In this document: positions 1 to 7,626 of the stretch, piece after piece
Position numbering within the stretch: the first letter of the stretch is position 1
Layout: every line of letters begins with the position of its first letter
Assembly (NCBI GenBank): GCA_910589375.1
Contig: CAJUTK010000002.1
Span: 3,133 to 67,132, forward strand
DNA from: an uncultured Bacilli bacterium
GTDB lineage: Bacteria > Bacillota_I > Bacilli_A > RF39 > UBA660
Direction: 5' to 3'
DNA length: 64,000 nucleotides
Program-made: the position numbers and the translations under genes
Notes under the pieces: model-generated
What the model saw: only the letters and a program-made list of their open reading frames with translations
What the model was told of the DNA's origin: nothing
Databases searched by the model: none

Positions 1-121
1 TAATGTTGAAATGACAGTTGAATTAATTGCTCCAATCGCTATCGAAAATGGAACTAAGTTCTCAATTCGTGAAGGTGGTAGAACAGTTGGTTCTGGTAAC
101 ATTTCTGAAATTATTAAATAG
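1..121 (+). CDS. tuf: Elongation factor Tu, 3' end (partial; start lies upstream of window)
   Basis: Frame 2 reads ...[39 protein letters not shown], the conserved EF-Tu C-terminus. Confidence 0.85.
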   Translation, partial: NVEMTVELIAPIAIENGTKFSIREGGRTVGSGNISEIIK

Positions 122-138
122 TAATGATGAAAATAGAA

Positions 139-168
139 AAAGAGAATCTTCGGATTTTCTTTTTTTAT
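139..168 (+). terminator. Rho-independent terminator after tuf
   Basis: Hairpin agagaatc-ttcg-gattttct followed by a T7 run. Confidence 0.6.
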
Positions 169-336
169 ATGATAAAGATAATTGGTAGTGATGCTAATGG
201 AACAATTAATTAAACAAATTTCTCTGTCCAAAGAAAAAGAGTATTTAATGGTAGAAAGGAAAAAAGTAGTTTAGAAAAAAATAGAAATCACAAATATAGA
301 ATCTATATTATTAGATTCTAAAGAAGTAGTGGACAT

Positions 337-362
337 AAAAAAACTCTAGATTTCTAGAGTTT
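337..362. terminator. Palindromic hairpin flanked by A/T runs; terminator for the minus-strand FemAB gene
   Basis: actctaga-ttt-tctagagt perfect palindrome, A-run on the + side and T-run on the - side. Confidence 0.55.
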
Positions 363-1611
363 ATTTTTTCATCATATTGCGTAATGGAGCTGTATTTCTA
401 TAGGCCATATAAAGAGGTCTACTAGTAATTAATTCTAAGTCACCAATATATTCTACTATATTAGAACCAAAACCTAGTCTAAAGTCATTAAGTCCTTTAT
501 ATTTTTCTGGATCTTTTGGATCAACAATTCCACCTAAGTTGAACAACTCGTATCCTTCATTTCCATATTTTTCCATTAGTTTCCAAATGAGTAAGTGTTT
601 TGCATTCATCTTTTTATAAGTAGGCTCATATCCGTCCATTAAAAGGTATGCTTCATTTTTATATCTAATTACCATAGCGCAAGCTAGAATAATTCCATCT
701 GGATTTCTATGTAATAAGTTAGTAGCGGATACTAATTGATTTTTTAAGCCTGCCAGTTTATTATCTTCTGAAATTTTTCTTGAGATTAAAGTATTATTTG
801 CATTTCCCTGTCTTTTAAATATTTCCTCTGTTACTTTAGAACATCTTATATTTTGAGCTTGTAATTGCTTTTGTACACTTATTAAATAAGCCTTTGTATC
901 TAGTAGGGCAAAATAGATATCAACCATATTTCTTTTGCTATAATGTTCATAAACATCCTGAAAATATTTTAAATCTCTTGGATATTTATCTTTGGTCATT
1001 TTGTAGAAGAAAGATAAATTTTGGCTAGAGCCCTTATAGATTCTAACTCCATTTCTATCACTCATACGAATTTTTGTACGAAATTCTTTTCTAACTTTTT
1101 GAAACATGATAGAAGAATTTTTATCTAATGGGATAACTGCTTCAAATCTCGGTTTGATGGCTTCAAAAAAACGATTATATCCTAAATGATAATATCCAAT
1201 TTTCTTTAAAAACTTAAATTTTTTGTCGTAATCTGGTAAATCGATTATTTCTGTTCCATTATTTTTAGTAATGGATTTTCTAATGATAGGCGCGATTTTA
1301 ATTGCCATAACACTTTTCTTTTTTAAAAACTTTTTGATTTGCTTAGAAAATGTTTTTACTAAATTTTCATCTTGATAATCAACTAAATATCCTCTAGGAG
1401 CATAGGCGTATTGAAATTTACCAAGTAACTCTACAAGAATTAAAGAAGCTGCTAGTATATTATCATTATCATCAACCATACCTAAATAAAATGTATCATA
1501 GTTCTGTTTATTCATTACCATAGCGTATTCAGGTGTTTGAAAAACAGAAGAAATAGGATAGTTGTTAGCAAATGCTTGAAATTCTTCATTTGTTAGTTCC
1601 TTTAATTTCAT
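361..1611 (-). CDS. FemAB-family peptidoglycan interpeptide-bridge aminoacyltransferase (FemX/MurM-like)
   Basis: 416 aa. N-terminus FQTPEYAMVMNKQNYDTFYLGMVDD and the overall length/pattern are typical of FemABX. Strong RBS aaaaaaggaggatac upstream on the minus strand. Confidence 0.7.
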   Translation of the reverse strand: MKLKELTNEEFQAFANNYPISSVFQTPEYAMVMNKQNYDTFYLGMVDDNDNILAASLILVELLGKFQYAYAPRGYLVDYQDENLVKTFSKQIKKFLKKKSVMAIKIAPIIRKSITKNNGTEIIDLPDYDKKFKFLKKIGYYHLGYNRFFEAIKPRFEAVIPLDKNSSIMFQKVRKEFRTKIRMSDRNGVRIYKGSSQNLSFFYKMTKDKYPRDLKYFQDVYEHYSKRNMVDIYFALLDTKAYLISVQKQLQAQNIRCSKVTEEIFKRQGNANNTLISRKISEDNKLAGLKNQLVSATNLLHRNPDGIILACAMVIRYKNEAYLLMDGYEPTYKKMNAKHLLIWKLMEKYGNEGYELFNLGGIVDPKDPEKYKGLNDFRLGFGSNIVEYIGDLELITSRPLYMAYRNTAPLRNMMKK

Positions 1612-1721
1612 AGTATCCTCCTTTTTTCATTAGTATTAAATTATATCATAAAAATAATAATTTGTCACTTTTTTGTATTAATGTGGCAAAAAAAGGGAAT
1701 AATAAATGCAGGGATAACGTA

Positions 1722-1751
1722 TTTACAATACCTATAATTTTATGTTATAAT
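1722..1751 (+). promoter_or_regulatory. Sigma-A-like promoter (TTTACA-18-TATAAT) upstream of the pilin-DUF285 gene
   Basis: tttaca at 1722-1727 and tataat at 1746-1751. Confidence 0.4.
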
Positions 1752-1784
1752 TCCTTATAGTATAGGATACTAGGAGGTATATCT

Positions 1785-3671
1785 ATGTATAAGAAAAAAA
1801 GTGAAGGATTTACATTAATTGAATTGCTAGCAGTAATCGCGTTATTGGCGCTTGTAGCTTTAATAGCTTATCCTATTGTTATTAATTCAGTTAAAAAAAC
1901 GGGAAAGAAATTATCTAAAGAACAAATTAATAATATTGAGGACGCAGCCAGAGATTATGCAATTAAACATGGACCAGAGGAGTGCAGTTGCATTTCAATC
2001 GAGGATTTACAAACTGGAGGATATTTGGATAAAGGAAAAATATCAGATCCAGATACTGGGGAACAATTAAATGGTTATGTTACTATCGAATGGGTAGAGT
2101 CTCAAAGCCAATATAGTTATAAATATGGAGAAAATTGCAATTGCTCTGGTACTTCTGTTGGAGGACAAATTCAATTAGTTTTAAGTGTTGATCCTGGAGT
2201 TATTAAAGAATCTGGATGGGCAACTTCTACTTTTGATGTTAATGTAAGAGGTAAAAATATAACTGGATATTCGTATTGTATATCAAGTACAGGTGAGTGT
2301 ACTCCAAATACAAAAGTAATTGGAACAAAAGGAACAATACCTATAACAAAAGATGGAACCAATTATGTATGTGCACAAGGAACAAATGGTGGTGGAGACG
2401 GATCAGTTGTATGTAAAACTTATAAGTTAGATATTTCAGGACCTGTATTTGCGTCAGAGTCTGTATACTTTGATAACTATGGGAAAACTGAGGATTATGT
2501 AAATGTGAATTATGGAACAGTACGCTGTGATAAGACAATTAGTCAATTAACATCAAATACAAATAAAGTTAATTGTACTGTAACTAGTGTCAATGGTAAA
2601 AAGACAGAAAAAGAATTAAATTTTATACCTAATACATTAAAAGCTGATGTTTCTGTAACTAGCTCTGATACTACTTTTTTAGGAGGAAGTTTAAAAAGAA
2701 ATAAAGTAAAAGGAATACATATAGTAAATCATAAAAATATACCAAGCGATGCTACTAGTTGGGATGTGTCACATCACCAAAATGGAAGTGTTATGGCATG
2801 GTATGGTGCACCTGATTCTAATGGATTATATGATGTATATATTGGTCAAAATGGTGGTGTAGTAGCAAGAAGCGGGGATTATTTATTTTCTTATTTTAAT
2901 CATGCTACAACAGTGGATGTACAAAAATTAGACACTAGTAGAGTATCTAGTATGTTATTGATGTTTTATGATAGTCAAGCCCCGATATTAGATGTAAGTA
3001 ATTTTGATACAAGTAAAGTAACAACTATGTATGGTATGTTTTCTAATGCTAAAGCAAGAACATTAAATCTAAGTAATTTTGATACAAGCAAAGTCACGAA
3101 TATGGCCCATATGTTTAATGGAAGTGAAGCTACAACGCTAAATCTAAGTAATTTTGATACAAGCAAAGTAACAACTATGTATGCTATGTTTCATCAAAGT
3201 CAAGCTCAAACATTAAATTTAAGTAATTTTGATACAAGTAATGTGACGAATATGGAGCGTATGTTTTTTAATAGTAAAGCAACAACAATAGATGTAAGTA
3301 ATTTTGATACAAGTAAAATAACAACTATGTATGCTATGTTTTATCAAAGCCAAGCTCAGACATTAAATTTAAGTAGTTTTGATACAAGCAAAGTAACAAA
3401 TATGGAGCATTTATTTAATAAATGCCAAGCAACAACAATAGATGTAAGTAATTTTGATACAAGTAAAGTAACAACTATGTATGCCATGTTTAATCAAAGT
3501 CAAGCATTAATATTAGATTTAAGCAGTTTTGATACAAGCAGTGTAACGAATATGGATTCTATTTTCAACGCTGCTAGAACTACAACAGGTTATGCTAGAA
3601 CACAAGCTGATGCTGATAAATTTAATAGCTCTATTGGTAAACCATCTACATTAACATTTACTATTAAATAA
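1785..3671 (+). CDS. ComGC-like type IV (pseudo)pilin N-terminal module fused to a Cys/Gly/Thr-rich linker and ~8-10 DUF285-like 26-aa repeats (SNFDTSKVTxMxxMF...)
   Basis: Prepilin class III signal MYKKKSEG|FTLIELLAVIALLALVALIAYP with E at +5. KKLSKEQI...IEDLQTGGYL resembles ComGC (LADLQSEGYV). The N-terminal ~115 aa are ~60% identical to the ORF at 9745. The C-terminal half is NFDTS(K/N)VTxM..MF repeats, resembling the Mollicutes DUF285 family. Confidence 0.7.
   Translation: MYKKKSEGFTLIELLAVIALLALVALIAYPIVINSVKKTGKKLSKEQINNIEDAARDYAIKHGPEECSCISIEDLQTGGYLDKGKISDPDTGEQLNGYVTIEWVESQSQYSYKYGENCNCSGTSVGGQIQLVLSVDPGVIKESGWATSTFDVNVRGKNITGYSYCISSTGECTPNTKVIGTKGTIPITKDGTNYVCAQGTNGGGDGSVVCKTYKLDISGPVFASESVYFDNYGKTEDYVNVNYGTVRCDKTISQLTSNTNKVNCTVTSVNGKKTEKELNFIPNTLKADVSVTSSDTTFLGGSLKRNKVKGIHIVNHKNIPSDATSWDVSHHQNGSVMAWYGAPDSNGLYDVYIGQNGGVVARSGDYLFSYFNHATTVDVQKLDTSRVSSMLLMFYDSQAPILDVSNFDTSKVTTMYGMFSNAKARTLNLSNFDTSKVTNMAHMFNGSEATTLNLSNFDTSKVTTMYAMFHQSQAQTLNLSNFDTSNVTNMERMFFNSKATTIDVSNFDTSKITTMYAMFYQSQAQTLNLSSFDTSKVTNMEHLFNKCQATTIDVSNFDTSKVTTMYAMFNQSQALILDLSSFDTSSVTNMDSIFNAARTTTGYARTQADADKFNSSIGKPSTLTFTIK
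2975..3565 (+). repeat. Tandem array of ~78-bp near-identical coding repeats (two alternating subtypes, ~156-bp super-period) encoding the DUF285-like repeats
   Basis: The unit aattttgatacaagtaaagtaacaactatgtatgctatgttt... recurs about 8 times with >85% nucleotide identity. Confidence 0.8.
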
Positions 3672-3704
3672 ATTGTGAAAAGAAAATGATAGGAGAGACG
3701 TTAT

Positions 3705-4301
3705 ATGAAAAATAGAATAGTATTAGCATTAGCAATCTTACTGTTAGTGATTCCAGTAGGTTGTGGAAAAAAGAAAGAGAATTTAACAGATGCTCAAAAG
3801 TTTGCTAAAGAGTACACAAATGTGTCAGAGGATAATGTATTTGTATATAGTACAGTGGATGAAATCATAGATATTTTAGAAAGTGGTACAGGGATTATTT
3901 ATTTAGGATCTAAAGATAATATATGGTCACAGGCATATGTAAAATACTTAAATGAAGTTGCAAAAGAAGTAGGAATAGAGAAAGTATACTATTTAGATAT
4001 TATAGAAGTACAAAAAAACAATACTGATAAATATTTAAAAATAGTAGAATCTGTAAAAGATTATCTACAATATGACGATAATGGTGAAAGGGTAATTTCG
4101 GTTCCAACTGTAATTGGAATGAACAAGGGATTTGTAGTAGGATTTAATGATGAAACTGCATGGAATACAAAAGGATATAGTAAGCCAGAAGAATATTGGA
4201 AAGAAGAAGAAATTTCAAAGTTAAAAAACAGATTAAGCGAAATGGCTAATGCAACGAAGTTTTGCATAGATTGTAATGAGGTCAATAATCCAGAAATTTA
4301 A
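3705..4301 (+). CDS. Lipoprotein of unknown function
   Basis: Signal peptide with lipobox LLVIPVGC. RBS ggagag upstream. Confidence 0.55.
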   Translation: MKNRIVLALAILLLVIPVGCGKKKENLTDAQKFAKEYTNVSEDNVFVYSTVDEIIDILESGTGIIYLGSKDNIWSQAYVKYLNEVAKEVGIEKVYYLDIIEVQKNNTDKYLKIVESVKDYLQYDDNGERVISVPTVIGMNKGFVVGFNDETAWNTKGYSKPEEYWKEEEISKLKNRLSEMANATKFCIDCNEVNNPEI

Positions 4302-4305
4302 ATTA

Positions 4306-4334
4306 AAAAGTCCACCAATAAGGTGGCTTTTTTA
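4306..4334 (+). terminator. Rho-independent terminator
   Basis: aaaaagtccacc-aataa-ggtggctttttt. Confidence 0.55.
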
Positions 4335-4400
4335 GTATAAAAAAGATTTCTCATGAAATCTACGAGAAACCTTATACTTTGAATAAACGTTGATGAATTC

Positions 4401-4565
4401 TTATTTTTTTCTTTGTTTATAACTATTGCACATAGTAGATTCTTTATCTTCGTTATGTCCGCAATTACATACTTTAATTTCTTTTAAATTGCATACACAA
4501 TCATCACAATTACAATGCTTGCAGTCAAATACGTTACATTCGATTTTTTGTGTTTTGTTTTCCAT
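4401..4565 (-). CDS. Cysteine-rich mini-protein (54 aa, 9 Cys; DUF1540-like)
   Basis: Reverse-strand translation gives MENKTQKIECNVFDCKHCNCDDCVCNLKEIKVCNCGHNEDKESTMCNSYKQRKK*. Too short to appear in the ORF track (<60 aa). Divergent from the activase operon. Confidence 0.45.
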   Translation of the reverse strand: MENKTQKIECNVFDCKHCNCDDCVCNLKEIKVCNCGHNEDKESTMCNSYKQRKK

Positions 4566-4630
4566 TCTATCACCCATTTATATTTTTAGCATATTTTAAT
4601 AATTTATACATATAGTATAGTGGTGATAAA

Positions 4631-5521
4631 ATGGACAAGGTAAAAATCGGAATACCAAGAGGAATACACTACTATTATTCTGGAATATTTTGGAAATATT
4701 TTTTTAAAAAATGTAATATTGATGTCATTTATAGTTCGAAAACGACTCATGAAATCTTAGAAATAGGTAAGTCTTTAGCGCCCGATGAAATGTGTCTTAG
4801 TATGAAAGTTTATTTAGGTCATATTTCTTCTTTGGAGGGAAAATGTGATTATATTTTAATACCAAGAATAGATAGATTTGATAATTATAATCAAACCTGT
4901 ACAAATTTTTTAGCAATTTATGATCTTGCTAATCACTATTTTAAAACTCCATTATTAAATTATAATATTGATAATAAAAATCATTTATTAGATGGATTAA
5001 TTGAAATAGGGGAAGTACTTCATCTTTCTAAAATGAAAGTGATAGAAGCTTATGAATATGCATGCCTAAAGGAAAGAGAATGGAGAAAAAGTAAAAATGA
5101 GGAACAAAAGAGAATTTTAAATGGAAAAGATAAAAAAGTTCTAATTGTTTCCCACGCTTATAATATTCATGATGATTTTATTGGTGGATCTATCTCTAGT
5201 ATGCTAGAACAAAATAAAATTAAAGTAGTTTATAGTAATTATTTTTTACCCGAAGAAACAAGTAAGATGTCAGAAAAATTGTCTAAAAGTTTATATTGGA
5301 AATATAGTAAAGAAAGTATTGGAGCAATTCCTTTATGTGAAAAGGTAAATGGAATTATATTTTTATCCACTTTTCCATGTGGGTTAGATTCTTTAGTGCA
5401 TGAGTTAATGATTCGAAAGATGGAAAAACCATATTTAAATCTTGTTATAGATGATTTATCTTCTATGACTGGGATAGAAACTAGAATAGAAAGTTTTGTT
5501 GATTTAATTGAGCAAGGTTAG
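4631..5521 (+). CDS. Activase-associated protein (DUF2229 / HgdB-like family)
   Basis: 296 aa. First gene of a three-gene operon ending in a BadF/BcrA/HgdC-type ATPase; family assignment rests on that architecture plus weak pattern similarity. RBS ggtgat. Confidence 0.4.
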   Translation: MDKVKIGIPRGIHYYYSGIFWKYFFKKCNIDVIYSSKTTHEILEIGKSLAPDEMCLSMKVYLGHISSLEGKCDYILIPRIDRFDNYNQTCTNFLAIYDLANHYFKTPLLNYNIDNKNHLLDGLIEIGEVLHLSKMKVIEAYEYACLKEREWRKSKNEEQKRILNGKDKKVLIVSHAYNIHDDFIGGSISSMLEQNKIKVVYSNYFLPEETSKMSEKLSKSLYWKYSKESIGAIPLCEKVNGIIFLSTFPCGLDSLVHELMIRKMEKPYLNLVIDDLSSMTGIETRIESFVDLIEQG

Positions 5522-6554
5522 TTATCCCCAAATGGGAAGTTATGGAGTTCCCATTTATTATTTATTAACTCATATATTGAAGAATGATATAGTAAAGCCA
5601 AGAGAGATTAGTTCCTATACGCTAGAGCTAGGAAGCAAATATAGTCCTGATTTTGTATGTACTCCTTTTAAGTATACTTTAGGAACTATGCTAGAATCTT
5701 TAGAAGAGGGAGCTGATTTTTTAATTCAATTAGGTGGTGGTTGCAGGTATGGATATTATCATGAATTGCAAGAACAAATTTTAAAAGATTTAGGGTATCA
5801 ATTTACTATGGTAAATTTAATAAGTGGGGGAAATAGAATATCTATAAAAAAACTTTTGAAAGAATATCCATTAGAAATTAGAAAGAAAAATTTAGTAAGG
5901 TATCTTTTAATAACAAAGAAAATGGTTATTTATATGGATAAAATAGATGCTTATATTAGAAAAAATAGGTGCTACGAAAAAGAAATAGGAGCATTTAATA
6001 AATTAAGAGATGAAATGTTAACAGAATTTTCTAATTGTAAGAGTTATATGCATTTACGTAGAGTCTATAGAAAATATTTGAAAAAAATGAAGAACATTCC
6101 TAGAAGGGATGTTAATAAAAAAATTAAAGTAGGAATTATAGGAGAACTTTATACTCTAATGGAACCTAAAGCTAATGAGGAGATAGAGCAATTATTAAAT
6201 GAAAGAGGTATTGAGTTAAAAAGGTATACGAATGTGACATATCTTTTATTTCAAAAAAGAAAGTCTGTTAAAAAGTATTTAAAAAATTTTTTTATTAAAT
6301 ATAGAATGGGTGCAGATGCCTTAGATAATATTCATCATACAAAAGAATTATGTGAAAAAGGATATGATGGGATTATTCATATGAAATCTTCTTTTTGTAC
6401 ACCTGAAATAGGAGCAATGCCTATTATAGAAAGTGTAGCGCAAGAATATAATGTTCCAGTTTTATTTTTTAGTATGGATACTCATACATCAGAAACAGGA
6501 TTTTTGACTAGAATAGAGGCATTTTGCGATATGTTAGAAATGAGGAAATCATGA
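5508..6554 (+). CDS. Activase-associated protein (DUF2229-like), second copy; start uncertain (TTG 5508 or ATG 5532)
   Basis: 348 aa. Overlaps the upstream stop. Typical paired arrangement with the preceding gene. Confidence 0.4.
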   Translation: MSKVSYPQMGSYGVPIYYLLTHILKNDIVKPREISSYTLELGSKYSPDFVCTPFKYTLGTMLESLEEGADFLIQLGGGCRYGYYHELQEQILKDLGYQFTMVNLISGGNRISIKKLLKEYPLEIRKKNLVRYLLITKKMVIYMDKIDAYIRKNRCYEKEIGAFNKLRDEMLTEFSNCKSYMHLRRVYRKYLKKMKNIPRRDVNKKIKVGIIGELYTLMEPKANEEIEQLLNERGIELKRYTNVTYLLFQKRKSVKKYLKNFFIKYRMGADALDNIHHTKELCEKGYDGIIHMKSSFCTPEIGAMPIIESVAQEYNVPVLFFSMDTHTSETGFLTRIEAFCDMLEMRKS

Positions 6555-7480
6555 GAGATTGTTATTTAGGAATAGATATAGGTTCCATTTCTACAAAGGC
6601 AGCTATCATAGATGCTGATTATAGAATATTAAGTTCTTGTTACATAGAGACAAATGGTAACCCCATAGAGGCAGTGAAAAAGGCAATTAAAATGGTTAGT
6701 ATTCCAGAGAACTATGTTTTAAGAGGAATAGGAACGACTGGGAGTGCCCGTAAATTAATTGGATTGTTATTAAATGCCAACATTGTGAAAAATGAAATTA
6801 CTGCGCATGCAATTGGAACGCTAACTTTTCATCCAGAAGTAAAAACTATTTTAGAAATTGGTGGTCAGGATTCTAAAGTTATTTTAATACGCAATGGTAT
6901 GATTAGTGATTATGCGATGAATACATTATGTGCAGCCGGAACAGGAGCTTTTTTATCAAGTCAGGCTAAAAGATTAGGAATAGATGTAAAAGAATTCGGA
7001 AATATTGCCTTAGAAAGTGATAATCCTGTAAACATTGCAGCACGTTGTACTGTGTTCGCAGAGTCTGATTTAGTTCATAAAGCTCAAGTCGGATATCCTA
7101 AAAAAGATATTGTTGCAGGCCTATGCAAATCGGTTGTTTTAAATTATTTGAATAATGTATGTAAGGGTAAAAGAATAGAAGGACCAATTATCTTCCAGGG
7201 GGGAGTATCTAAAAATAAGGGAGTAGTAAAATATTTTGAAGAAGAATTAAAGCAAAAAATATTGGTAGATGAAAATGGACATTTAATGGGAGCAATTGGT
7301 GTTGCAATACTTTCTTCTAAAGCAGAAAATAAAGAATACTATGACTTAAATATTGAAAATATTTCATTTAAAACAATCGGAAATGAGTGTAAGGGATGTA
7401 CGAATAGATGTGAATTACTAAGAATATATAGAAATGAAGAATTATTAGATACTTGGGGTAGTAAATGCGGAAAATATTAA
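6551..7480 (+). CDS. CoA-substrate-specific enzyme activase (BadF/BadG/BcrA/BcrD / HgdC-type ATPase, ASKHA fold) with C-terminal Cys cluster
   Basis: LGIDIGSISTKAAI phosphate-1 motif, EITAHAIG, EIGGQDSKVILI, CAAGTGAFL, and a C-terminal CKGCTNRCELL...CGKY. Confidence 0.7.
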   Translation: MRDCYLGIDIGSISTKAAIIDADYRILSSCYIETNGNPIEAVKKAIKMVSIPENYVLRGIGTTGSARKLIGLLLNANIVKNEITAHAIGTLTFHPEVKTILEIGGQDSKVILIRNGMISDYAMNTLCAAGTGAFLSSQAKRLGIDVKEFGNIALESDNPVNIAARCTVFAESDLVHKAQVGYPKKDIVAGLCKSVVLNYLNNVCKGKRIEGPIIFQGGVSKNKGVVKYFEEELKQKILVDENGHLMGAIGVAILSSKAENKEYYDLNIENISFKTIGNECKGCTNRCELLRIYRNEELLDTWGSKCGKY

Positions 7481-7570
7481 AAATGTAAAAATATTTATTA
7501 TTATATTTTAAGAATTGTAAAGTAAATTTGTGAAAGTATAAAATGGATGTTATAAAGTGTAAAATATCAT

Positions 7571-7599
7571 TTGACAAAAGAAACTTTATAGTGTATAAA
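7571..7599 (+). promoter_or_regulatory. Promoter TTGACA-17-TATAAA for topA
   Basis: ttgaca at 7571-7576 and tataaa at 7594-7599. Confidence 0.45.
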
Positions 7600-7626
7600 A
7601 TATAGTTAGACAAAAGGAAGTGGATT

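Noticed and set aside
296-321. Inverted repeat tagaatcta-tatta-tagattcta between tuf and the FemAB gene
   Set aside because: Short AT-rich palindrome with no obvious associated gene or motif; noted only.
1876-3166. Several 60-65-aa ORFs in alternative frames and strands within the pilin-DUF285 gene
   Set aside because: Embedded in a long, well-supported ORF. The repeat DNA generates chance open frames.
2975-3565. Possible CRISPR array, given the regular 78-bp periodicity
   Set aside because: The repeats are contiguous with no unique spacers, lie in a continuous ORF and encode a protein repeat. No cas genes. Not a CRISPR array.
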